Assembly (NCBI GenBank): GCA_963789395.1
Contig: CAWBKP010000024.1
Coordinates: 288,001 to 352,000, forward strand
Source of the DNA: an uncultured delta proteobacterium
GTDB taxonomy: Bacteria; Desulfobacterota; Desulfobacteria; Desulfobacterales; Desulfatirhabdiaceae
DNA: 64,000 bases
Reading direction: 5' to 3'
The notes below the pieces were generated by a model that was not told the origin of the DNA, searched no databases, and worked only from the letters and a program-made list of their open reading frames with translations. Both the position numbers and the translations under genes were made by a program. Shown one piece after another: positions 1 through 9,599 of the stretch (the stretch's first letter is position 1; each line of letters begins with the position of its first letter).

Positions 1-127
1 GGGTCTGAATCGCTACATCAAGCGCTTCGGCAATTTTATTCAGGTGGGCGTTATGTTCCCCAAAAAGTTGTCTGGCCAGATGAATATCCGGCAATGTCAG
101 GTGCGTTGCGTTGGTTTCTTTTGCCAT
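1..127 (-). CDS. PhoH-family protein, N-terminal part (runs off window)
   Basis: Manual translation from ATG at 127: MAKETNATHLTLPDIHLARQLFGEHNAHLNKIAEALDVAIQT; resembles the LFGxxxxxLxxIxxxLxV N-terminus of PhoH-like proteins. Confidence 0.65.
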   Translation of the reverse strand, partial: MAKETNATHLTLPDIHLARQLFGEHNAHLNKIAEALDVAIQT

Positions 128-423
128 GGTGTATAAAAGCCAAATACCGTAAAATTGTCTCAGTCCGGGGCATTGTTTCAAATTATTCAAGCTGATTTTA
201 TATCACATCATTTTCATCAAATGCAAATACCAAATATTGAAGACTTGCGGCCGGAGTGCAAAGGCAGGAAGACTGAAAGTGTTTCAGGAACGATGTGGGG
301 GGGGCAGACAATGCATCCGGTAACATGAAGACATGATGCAGAATGAGGAAAATGCATGGAGAAATGATTTTATTCGGATAAAAAGGTTGCGATCCTTACG
401 TATTAAGGATACATCAGCACCCT

Positions 424-1895
424 ATGAATTCAACACCTGATCTTCGTATCGTTTCCGTTAATGACGTTCCGGTTCAGTCGGATGGCGATTATGTGCTTTA
501 CTGGATGACTGCATTTCGCAGAACAGGCTGGAATTTCAGTCTGCAGCGGGCTGTCGAATGGGCCGTAACACTTCAAAAACCCCTTGTCGTTCTTGAGGCG
601 ATCCGATGCGATTATCCGCTGGCCTGTGACCGCTTTCACGACTTTATGCTCAGCGGTATGAACGCCAACCGACAGGGGTTTACAGGTAAACCCGTATATT
701 ATTATCCATTTGTGGAGACGTGTAAAGGGCAGGGCAAGGGCCTGATTTCAGCCCTTGGCAACCGTGCCTGTGTGGTGGTTACCGATGCATATCCTTGTTT
801 TTTTCTGCCGCGAATGCTGCAAGCAGCATCCAAAGAGTGTCGGGTTAAACTGGAATCGGTGGATTCAAACGGACTGATGCCACTTGGTGATGCTGATCGG
901 GTATTTACAACGGCGTATAGTTTCCGTCGATTTCTGCAAAAAAATATGATCCGGTATCTTCAGGAATTTCCGGAACCGGATCCGTTATCCCGGATCTCGC
1001 TGCCCATGTTGCCGGCGCTGCCTGAAAAAATTCTGCAGAAATGGCCGGCAGCCTCACCAGACATCCTTGCTGCGGGACCGAACATACTAAAAATCATGCC
1101 CATTTCCCATCATATAAGTCCGGTGTCCGGTTTTACCGGAGGCCAGACAGCCGGCGGGCGGGTACTGAATGCGTTTTTATCGCGGATTTTATATCATACA
1201 ATGATTTAAGAAATCATCCGGATGCGGATGCAACCAGCGGGCTGGGGGCTTATCTGCATTTCGGACATATTTCCAGCCATCAGGTTGTGTCCGAGATTCT
1301 GAAACTGGAAAACTGGACGACAGACCGCCTGGAGGGTCCGGATCGGGGGCAGCGGTCCGGATGGTGGCAACTGAGTGATTCCGCAGAGGCGTTTTTAGAT
1401 CAGATCATTACCTGGCGAGAGCTGGGGTTCAATATGTGTGTTCAGAAGCCGGACGAATATGATCAGTTCAGTTCGCTTCCCGGCTGGGCTCAAAAAGAGC
1501 TGAATCTTCATGCAAGCGATGCGCGCCCTTATCTGTATGCGGCCGAAGTCCTTGAGAACGCCGCAACCCATGACTCCCTGTGGAATGCTGCGCAGATACA
1601 GCTGATTCGTGAAGGCAGAATTCATAATTATCTGCGGATGCTCTGGGGGAAAAAGATCCTGGAATGGTCTTCATGTCCTCAGGAGGCGCTTCAAACAATG
1701 ATTCATCTGAATAATGCCTATGCCCTGGATGGTCGCGATCCCAATTCCTACACGGGGATTTTCTGGATACTGGGTCGCTATGACCGGCCCTGGGGTCCCG
1801 CCAGGCCGATCTTCGGCAAGATCCGCTATATGAGTTCCGTGAACACCCGTCGAAAACTGAAGTTAAAAGCCTATTTGCAGCGGTACCGTGCGTAA
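424..1895 (+). CDS. phr: Class II deoxyribodipyrimidine photolyase (split by a frameshift near 1185-1200)
   Basis: N-terminal VLYWM..R...NFSL in ORF 424..1209; C-terminal YLHFGHIS, HNYLRMLWGKK and DGRDPNSY..DRPWG.RPIFGKIRYM in ORF 1041..1895. Confidence 0.9.
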
Positions 1896-2179
1896 GGTCT
1901 TCATAATTATTCACCTGGTCAAGAAAAAACGGGCACCAAAAGCCTTGATTCCGCTTCTTGTTTGAATTCCTGCGTTTTTCCTTCTCTGCTTTTTCATTGA
2001 ACCCCTCCCCGCGATTATACATCCACGCTGATGAAAGTGTCCGCTAATTCCCTGCCACATCAAATCAATTCCGAGCCACTCAGGGCAAGATGGCTGTGTA
2101 CCTTATGAAGAGCATGAGCAGGTAATTTCCAAATGCAGCTGCCCTGTATGGAATACATCTTTAACCCATTGATATGGCA

Positions 2180-2596
2180 TTACTTGTTGTGTTTATTTTT
2201 ATTGCCTTTTCCGTTCCCGTGCTTCGAGTCGTGGCCATGGTTGTAGTCATGACCATGGCCATGACTTTTGTAGCTTGGCACATACACGTTGTTGTACCAA
2301 GTGTCCCGGACGAAATATACAGGAACACCACAGGCGTTGTATTTCGCACAGTGTTTGTTCCAGTGCTTCTCATGGCCGGGAGGCACATGGAGATAAACCG
2401 GTCTTTGAGCTACCCCCATCGGCACTGTCTGAATGATAACAGGCGTTTGATAGATCACCTGCGGTTGCGGGACGTTTCCGATGTCTATCTGGCCGTAGAA
2501 CCCGGGCTGTCCAACGCTGACGGAGACCCCAATGTCTGCAGCCATTGCCGGTGTCAAAGTAGCGAGTACTATGATAAAAATAATGAATTTAAGCAT
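2180..2596 (-). CDS. Secreted hypothetical protein with His/Gly/Lys-rich tail
   Basis: Signal peptide ending AMA-A; core GVSVSVGQPGFYGQIDIG...YLHVPPGHEKHW..HC..YNACG.PVYFV; tail HGHGHDYNHGHDSKHGNGKG. Confidence 0.75.
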   Translation of the reverse strand: MLKFIIFIIVLATLTPAMAADIGVSVSVGQPGFYGQIDIGNVPQPQVIYQTPVIIQTVPMGVAQRPVYLHVPPGHEKHWNKHCAKYNACGVPVYFVRDTWYNNVYVPSYKSHGHGHDYNHGHDSKHGNGKGNKNKHNK

Positions 2597-3051
2597 TTAA
2601 AAATCCTTTCCAATGATAAAATATCCGGTCAATCTCCGATAAACATACGCTGTATAAAATGGGAGCGTTCCAGTCAAGTTCGCCGATACGGATTTCAATT
2701 CTATACCGGACATGACCAGTATCATGCATGGGTTTTTGTATGAAATTTCAGGATCAATTGTCAAAAAGTATTTCTGAAATACCCCCCCCATGACCTGAGT
2801 GGATATATCGCAGGATGAAAATGGATTGGTTGCAATAATGGATTGCGTCTCACTCATATGCCTGTTACATATACGGAAACACTGGCGTGATATCAATGGT
2901 GCCGGCAGCATTGCCCGTTAGGGCATCCCGTGCAGATTTCAGAGGCAAAGTAATCCAGCATTTTCTAAAGTCCATGATACTGGATCTGTGCCGAAAAAGC
3001 CAGTGCCTTTTTAATTAAGCATTTCCATCGAAAACAATAGGGAGAATATCG

Positions 3052-3972
3052 ATGCGTTGGCGTGAAAATCGCAAAAGCAGCAATGTGGAAGACCGACGTG
3101 GTATGAGCCCCTCCGGACTCGACGACTTGGGCGGTGGTGATAGAAGTGGCATGTTACGGTTGCTTCCCGTCGTATTCAAATTTTTAGGCTTCAAAGGCAC
3201 CGTAATATTGGCTTTGTGTGTGGGAGCTTACGGCTATTTTACCGGAAACCTCGACAATATGTTACATGACATTGGTCTCCTGCAAGGTACCGCACCCAGC
3301 ACGTCTTCAGCACCGTTTCAGCAAACTGCAGCAGAAAAAGAACTGGTGGACTTTGTTTCAGTCGTTCTGGCCGATACCGAAGAAACCTGGACCACCTTGT
3401 TCCGGCAAAAGGGAAGAACTTATACAGAACCTCGCCTTGTACTGTTTCGAGGCTCGGTTCAATCCGCTTGCGGAACGGCTCAATCAGCCGTTGGGCCCTT
3501 CTATTGTCCGAGTGATCAAAAAGTCTACATCGACCTGGGTTTTTATGACCAATTGAAAAATCGATTCAAGGCACCGGGGGACTTTGCACAGGCATATGTC
3601 ATTGCCCACGAAGTCGGGCACCATGTCCAGAACCTGGCGGGTATATCCGGCAAAGTTCACGAGGCCCGCAATAAACTCAGCAAGGAAGAAGGCAACAAGC
3701 TCTCCGTGCGCCTGGAGTTGCAGGCTGACTGTCTTGCGGGCGTCTGGGCCAATCATGCCGACAAAGCCAGGCACCTTCTTGAAGAAGGTGATGTGGAAGA
3801 AGGCCTGACCGCAGCAAGCGCCATCGGTGATGACACTTTACAGAAACAGTCGCAAGGATATGTAACACCGGACTCATTTACCCACGGCAGTTCCGCACAA
3901 CGGGTGAAATGGTTTAAAATCGGGTTGAAAAGCGGCGATATGGACAGTTGTGACACATTTAAAAATATGTAG
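3052..3972 (+). CDS. Neutral zinc metallopeptidase (YpfJ-like)
   Basis: MRW...SSNVEDRRG start, GPFYCP, HEVGHHVQ zinc motif, ELQADC, FTHGSS. Confidence 0.9.
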   Translation: MRWRENRKSSNVEDRRGMSPSGLDDLGGGDRSGMLRLLPVVFKFLGFKGTVILALCVGAYGYFTGNLDNMLHDIGLLQGTAPSTSSAPFQQTAAEKELVDFVSVVLADTEETWTTLFRQKGRTYTEPRLVLFRGSVQSACGTAQSAVGPFYCPSDQKVYIDLGFYDQLKNRFKAPGDFAQAYVIAHEVGHHVQNLAGISGKVHEARNKLSKEEGNKLSVRLELQADCLAGVWANHADKARHLLEEGDVEEGLTAASAIGDDTLQKQSQGYVTPDSFTHGSSAQRVKWFKIGLKSGDMDSCDTFKNM

Positions 3973-4128
3973 GCCATTTTGCCGGGCGCCGTGTGCAAAC
4001 ACCATTGCGCCGAACTGATTGCGCGGCGCGTTTGGGAAGTTAGATGTTTCGTGCTGACTTCAGCCTCAAGGCTCTGATGATACATGAGGATTATCGAATT
4101 TTCGAAATAGAAGGGAAAGATTCTTGAT

Positions 4129-4863
4129 ATGAGTACACCCATTCGCGCGGTCCTGTTTGATCTGGACGATACGCTCCTGGAAAACAACGTGGACCGTTTT
4201 TTGAAAGCGTATTTCGGCCTGCTGGCGCCCCATATGGCCCATATGGTTCCTGCGGAGAAATTCATATCCGCGCTGATACGGGCAACCAATGCGATGATTA
4301 CAAACCAAGACCCTTCCATCACGAACCAACAGGCGTTCATGGATGAATTTTTCCCGATGGTCGGGCGGACGGCAGAAGAAATGATGCCCCTCTTTGATGA
4401 GTTCTACGCGGTGCAGTTCGGTAAACTCCGATCGCTCACCCGTCCCAACCCTTCAGCACGCGCAGCCATCCAGGCCGCATTCGATGCAGGGTGCGATGTG
4501 GTCATCGCCACGAATCCCGTCTTTCCCGAGACAGCGATCCGGCAGCGGATGGAATGGGCCGGTGTTTCGGATTTTCCCTTCAAGCTGATCACATCCTACG
4601 AGGTGATGCACGCAGCCAAACCAAGCTGCCGTTATTACCGGGAGATTCTCGATCATATCGGCCGCTGTGCGGATGAATGCGTCATGGTAGGAGACGATTG
4701 GGGCAACGATGTGGTGCCCGCGATGAAAGCCGGTCTACAGGTATTCTGGATCAATACAGAGACGAATTCAATGAATGCACTTGATCCTTCTGCAAGAGGA
4801 ACCCTGGCTGAATTCGAGGAGTGGTTTTCCCTGATTGCACGGACAAAATGTCTTCTCCGATGA
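4129..4863 (+). CDS. HAD-superfamily hydrolase
   Basis: Motif I FDLDDTL, ATNP, KP, motif IV GDDWGND. Confidence 0.9.
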   Translation: MSTPIRAVLFDLDDTLLENNVDRFLKAYFGLLAPHMAHMVPAEKFISALIRATNAMITNQDPSITNQQAFMDEFFPMVGRTAEEMMPLFDEFYAVQFGKLRSLTRPNPSARAAIQAAFDAGCDVVIATNPVFPETAIRQRMEWAGVSDFPFKLITSYEVMHAAKPSCRYYREILDHIGRCADECVMVGDDWGNDVVPAMKAGLQVFWINTETNSMNALDPSARGTLAEFEEWFSLIARTKCLLR

Positions 4864-5013
4864 TCTATTGCGTTTTCTCGATCCGATAAGTTGTCCACTT
4901 TTTCTTCCGGTCGAAGTGAAATCACTCTCTATCCCGATTGACCATGAAGATTATTGACATAACCAGATCGATCGTAATATTGTAAATAAATATGGATCGA
5001 TGGAGGTATTGGC

Positions 5014-5220
5014 ATGCAATCAGTAATCGTATCACCTAAATATCAAGTCGTTATACCAAAAGCTGTCAGGGAAGCATTGAATCTTCGTCCGGGCCAGAAA
5101 TTACAGATAATGGAATTTGCTGGACGTATCGAGCTTATCCCGGAGCGCGACATCAAAGAACTCCGTGGATTTCTCAAGGGCATCAATACGGAATTCAATC
5201 GAGAGGATGATAGAGTATGA
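5014..5220 (+). CDS. AbrB/MazE/SpoVT-family antitoxin (VapB-type)
   Basis: VSPKYQVVIPKAVREALNLRPG signature; GGAGG RBS; ATGA overlap with the PIN gene. Confidence 0.85.
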   Translation: MQSVIVSPKYQVVIPKAVREALNLRPGQKLQIMEFAGRIELIPERDIKELRGFLKGINTEFNREDDRV

Positions 5221-5591
5221 ATATCGTGGATTCTTCCGGTTGGCTTGCATACTTTGCGGATGAGCCTAATGCCAAACATTTCCTCCCTCCCTTGAATGAT
5301 TCTGCTTCACTTGTTGTCCCAACGGTAACGATATATGAGGTTTTTAAAGTAATTCTTCGGGAATCCTGCGAAAATGACGCACTGCAAGCAGTTTTTGCCA
5401 TGCAAAATGGAGCGGTTGTGGATCTAAAAGCATCATTGGCGATTGCCGCTTCAAGGTTGAGTCTGGAACATAATCTTCCAATGGCGGACAGTATTATTCT
5501 TGCAACGGCTCGGGAATTCAACGCCATTCTCTGGACTCAGGATTCGGATTTTAAAAATATCTGCAATGTGAAGTATTTCCCCAAGAAATAG
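5217..5591 (+). CDS. vapC: VapC/PIN-domain toxin
   Basis: IVDSSGW, YEV and LPMADSIILATA...WTQDSDF acidic PIN motifs; coupled to upstream antitoxin. Confidence 0.9.
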   Translation: MNIVDSSGWLAYFADEPNAKHFLPPLNDSASLVVPTVTIYEVFKVILRESCENDALQAVFAMQNGAVVDLKASLAIAASRLSLEHNLPMADSIILATAREFNAILWTQDSDFKNICNVKYFPKK

Positions 5592-5683
5592 GAAAAGGAT
5601 GAGGGGGACAAATCTTTATCTGGAAAAAGGCTCATAAACGAGTATATCAATATAAAGATTGACCCCAGATTCCGCCAATTGAG

Positions 5684-6010
5684 ATGATAATGAAAAAATG
5701 TCCATTCTGCGCTGAAGATATTCAAGATGCCGCGATAAAGTGCAGGCACTGCGGCGAGTTTCTGAACGGTCCCCCGCGCGCTGCCGAAGAAAAGATCAAA
5801 TGGTATTTCCGAACATCTTTTATTGTCCTTGCAGTCTGTTCCGTGGGGCCTCTGGCATTGCCCCTGATCTGGTGGCGACCGAAGACGTCGGTGGCATGGA
5901 AGATCGGACTCACCATAGGCATCCTTGTTCTGACCTGGATATTGTTCGACGCCATGATGGAATCCATCCGCACTTTCAAGGAGGTATTCAATCTGCTTGA
6001 AGGGCAATGA
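5684..6010 (+). CDS. Zinc-ribbon membrane protein
   Basis: CPFCAE...CRHCGE followed by two hydrophobic segments. Confidence 0.75.
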   Translation: MIMKKCPFCAEDIQDAAIKCRHCGEFLNGPPRAAEEKIKWYFRTSFIVLAVCSVGPLALPLIWWRPKTSVAWKIGLTIGILVLTWILFDAMMESIRTFKEVFNLLEGQ

Positions 6011-6076
6011 AAATGATCCGCGGAACACATCGGCAGGCGAAGATTGTGCTATTCGTGACGAATTTATGTAACAAGA

Positions 6077-6208
6077 GAGCCTCTTGCAAAAGTACTGCTG
6101 TTCGTCACCCCGGTGAAAACCGGGGTCCAGAAGCCTTTGAATTCACTGGATACCGGCCTTCGCCGGTATGACGGAAGAGGCAATTTGAAAGGGTTTTGCA
6201 AGCGGCTC
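6077..6208. repeat. MITE-like palindromic element with 15-bp terminal inverted repeats
   Basis: GAGCCTCTTGCAAAA (6077-6091) vs TTTTGCAAGCGGCTC (6194-6208), one mismatch; inner CGTCACCCCGGTGAAAACCGGGGTCCAG...CTGGATACCGGCCTTCGCCGGTATGACG. Confidence 0.75.
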
Positions 6209-6233
6209 AAGATAAAATATTTCTGGAGACATT

Positions 6234-7070
6234 ATGATTGGATATTTGAATGGTCAATATTTGCCGCAGGAAAATATCGTTATTTCACCGGAGGATCGGG
6301 GGTTTCTTTTTGCCGACGGCATTTATGAAGTCATCCGAAGTTACAGCGGAAAACTCTTTCGGGCAAAAGCCCACTTTGACCGGTTAAGTTATGGCGCCGG
6401 AGCGATGCAATTCAACCAGACCGATTTCGGTTATCTGGAGCTGGTGTGTGAAAAACTGATTCAGGACAACCGGTTGACCCAAGGCGATGCCGTCATCTAC
6501 ATGCAGGTGACCAGAGGGGTTGCCCCGAGAAGTCACGCATTTCCCCCCGTTGAAACTCCTTTGACGGTGTATGCAACGGCCAAAGCATTTCAGCCCCATA
6601 CAAAAGACGGTGAAGCCGGCATTCGGGTGATACTGGTTCCGGATCAGCGATGGGCCAGATGTGATATCAAAACCGTAGGGCTTCTGGCTAATACCCTGGC
6701 CCATCAGCGCGCCCTGGACAGCCATGCGACGGAAGGCCTGTTTGTTCGGGACGGCGCGGTGATAGAGGGCACGCACAGCAATGTGATGGCTGTTTTCGGC
6801 GGCAAGGTGATCACGCCTCCGAAAACCAATTACATGCTTGCCGGCATTACCCGTGAATTCGTACTGGGTATTTGCGGGGAGTTGAATATTCCGTTTGCTG
6901 AAGCCATTCTATATGAATCGGACATTCTGAAAGCGGACGAGGTGATGATCGTCGGTACAACCGTGGAAGTCACACCCGTCATCGCCGTAAACGGAGAAAC
7001 CATCGGATCCGGCGCCCCCGGACCCGTCACCCGGAAACTCCTGGGGGCGTTTCGGAAGAAGATATGTTGA
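6234..7070 (+). CDS. dat: D-amino-acid transaminase (PLP class IV)
   Basis: DRGFLFADGIYEV, YMQVTRG..PRSH, RCDIKT, EGTHSN, LAGITR. Confidence 0.85.
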   Translation: MIGYLNGQYLPQENIVISPEDRGFLFADGIYEVIRSYSGKLFRAKAHFDRLSYGAGAMQFNQTDFGYLELVCEKLIQDNRLTQGDAVIYMQVTRGVAPRSHAFPPVETPLTVYATAKAFQPHTKDGEAGIRVILVPDQRWARCDIKTVGLLANTLAHQRALDSHATEGLFVRDGAVIEGTHSNVMAVFGGKVITPPKTNYMLAGITREFVLGICGELNIPFAEAILYESDILKADEVMIVGTTVEVTPVIAVNGETIGSGAPGPVTRKLLGAFRKKIC

Positions 7071-7136
7071 TGCCAGGAATCATCAGATCCGGGAATTGCC
7101 GGAAGAGCCTGGGGCCTATACCCCCGCAACATGTTC

Positions 7137-8090
7137 TCAGACAACCCATACTGTAAATTGTTTTCCGCCATAAACGACTTCATGACCGACCCGGCCCATG
7201 AAAAACGCCTCTACTTTTGAAAGGCCCCTTCGTCCGACAACTATTGTTCCGAAGCCGCCGTCTTCCGCCTCTTTGACAATGGCATCGGATCGGCTGCGTA
7301 CACCGGAAATCACTTTTTCCGATATTTTTTCAGGTTCAAACCCGGAGGTCATCAATTTGTCTTTTACATCGTGAAACAGTCTTGCCACTTTCAATTTAAA
7401 GGCTTCAAGGCAGGTATCGGACATATCCACTTCGGAGATCTCCGGCCTGCAAGCTTCGGAAAGATCAAAATGGATTGCCCCCAGGCCGGGGATTGCATGA
7501 AATATACACACCTCATACCCATGGAGGCCTAACAGTGAGGCGACAAATTCAACCGCTTTCATTGAAGCCGGTGAAGCATCCACGGCCAATAAAATTTTCT
7601 TGACTGCCGGAGCCTGACCAACGATGAGGATCGGGATAAACGTCAACGCCTGTAACAGTTTGACGGCGACGCTGCCCAGTATGATATTTTTCAGTGCGCC
7701 CATTCCCCGTCTTCTCATGACGACCGCAGTGTAGCCTTTTTTTGCTTCACCAATAATGTCCCGTGCGACCCCTTTTTCCAGGCGATGAATTTTGATTTCA
7801 ACGGACCGTTCCGAAAATCCGCCTGATATCAAATCTTTTTTCGCCTGTTCCAGGCACGCCCGGATATTTCCTCTTTCCTGCGTTTCCCGGTGTTTCAATT
7901 GATCTACGACAGCTGCGCAAGTAGGTTCCTGTGCCAATTCCCGATACTCTTCCGGAATGCCGCTGAAGACGTGAAACAGCACAATCCGCGTATTTTTATC
8001 AACGGGCATAAACGCCTTTACATAGTTTACCGTTTGTATGGTTCGTTCCGAACCATCAACCAATATCAGCCATTTATGGTGTATTGTCAT
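7137..8090 (-). CDS. Tandem-domain universal stress protein
   Basis: Two USP domains (LVDGS...RRG...LGSV; AVDAS...GRRG...MGRV). Confidence 0.85.
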   Translation of the reverse strand: MTIHHKWLILVDGSERTIQTVNYVKAFMPVDKNTRIVLFHVFSGIPEEYRELAQEPTCAAVVDQLKHRETQERGNIRACLEQAKKDLISGGFSERSVEIKIHRLEKGVARDIIGEAKKGYTAVVMRRRGMGALKNIILGSVAVKLLQALTFIPILIVGQAPAVKKILLAVDASPASMKAVEFVASLLGLHGYEVCIFHAIPGLGAIHFDLSEACRPEISEVDMSDTCLEAFKLKVARLFHDVKDKLMTSGFEPEKISEKVISGVRSRSDAIVKEAEDGGFGTIVVGRRGLSKVEAFFMGRVGHEVVYGGKQFTVWVV

Positions 8091-8189
8091 ATTCCCCCTT
8101 CGCAATTAAATCTGAAAACCCCTGTCTGCATGCCGTCATCACAGCTCTTTAACGCAAGGATGAAAACAGCGTGCATCTTGCTCAGTAAA

Positions 8190-9598
8190 TTATTCGCCGC
8201 CGCCGCCCAATACCGCGTATAGTCGCACCCGATTGGCAAGCCTCGCCAGACGGAGCGAAATAAGCCCCTGCTTCGCAGAAATCAGTGTGCGCTGGGCATC
8301 GAGGACGCTCAGGTAGCTGTCGATGCCTTTTCGGTATCGCGCTTCTGATCGGCTGTAGATAATTTCAACGGCATTCACCAGAGACTGCTGGGCCGAAATC
8401 TGCTCCCCCACGGTTCCCTTGACGGCAAGCGCATCGGCAACTTCCCTGAAAGCCACCTGAATCGCCTTTTGATAGGAGGTCAGCGCGATTTCATTTTCGA
8501 TCAGGGTCGCGTCATAGGCCGACCAGAGCCTGGCATCGAATATGGGCGTGATAATAACGGGTGCAAAATTCCAGGTTCCGGAGCCGGATCCGAAAAGTCC
8601 GCTCAGGTCGCTGCTGGCGGTTCCGACTCCCGTGGTCAGGGAAATCCGGGGAAAAAGCGCCGCACGGGCGGCGCCGATATTGGCATTGGCGGCCTTGAGC
8701 CGGTGTTCCGCCGCCAGGATATCCGGCCGGTTCAGCAGGATTTCCGAAGAGATTCCGGAAGAAACGGCCTGCGGCTCGAGAATATCAGACAGATTCGCGG
8801 ACAGCAAGTCGGCCGGTGCAGGCGATCCCAGAAGCAGGTTCAGCGCGTTTTCATCCAGAGCGATCTGCCGGGTGAATCGGGCGATGTCTCCCCTGGCCGT
8901 ATCCACCTGGGTTTGCGAGCGTTTTACATCCACTTCATTGGCAAGCCCGACCTGATACCGACGGTTGATGATCCGGAAAATGTCTTCCTGGCTCTGCAAG
9001 GTGTTCTTTGCCAGATTCAGGTTTTCACGGTCTGCCGCCAGATTCAGATATGCGTCTGCGGTTGCCGCGATCAATAGAATCTGTGCGCTGCGCCTGGCTT
9101 CATCCGTTGACAGGTAGTTTTCCAGGGCGCTGTCTTTCAGGCTGCGGATGCGTCCGAAAAAATCGATTTCCCAAGCGGCGACGCCGAGATTGATCCTGTA
9201 TTCTTCCTGGGTGGTGGCGACTCCGGATGACGACAGGTCCGCGGGATACCATTGGCTGCGCATGCTGCCTGTCGCATTCAGCGATGGATAGAGTTCGGCT
9301 TTCTGAATGCCGTAGAGTGCGGCGGCTTTTTCCATGTTCAAGAGGGCAAGCCGCAGATCCCGGTTATTGCTTAGAGCCGTTTCGATAATCCGCTGCAGAT
9401 TCGGGTCGGTGAAAAACGCCTGCCAGCTCAGTTTCCATGCGGCCTGTGTTTCGGCTGTGGCCTGCGAATCTTTGTAGGCCGGTCCTTGCGGCCATTCTGC
9501 CGGAATCGGCGCAGAGGGCTGCGTGTACTCGGGAGCCAGGGAACAGCCGCCCATGAAAATCAGCGCTGCAAATATGAAAGTACGATTTGCTTTCTCAT
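8190..9598 (-). CDS. RND outer-membrane lipoprotein (OprM/NodT type); 1-nt indel in the signal peptide near 9580
   Basis: ORF 8190..9554 has OprM motifs (NNRDLR, WEIDFFGR, RPDILAAE, LYAVLGGG); ATG at 9598 gives MRKQIVL, which rejoins FIFAALIFMGGC after one missing T. Confidence 0.9.
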
Positions 9599-9599
9599 G

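Noticed and set aside
2174..2743. 189-aa plus-strand ORF
   Set aside because: Antisense shadow of the better-supported minus-strand secreted protein
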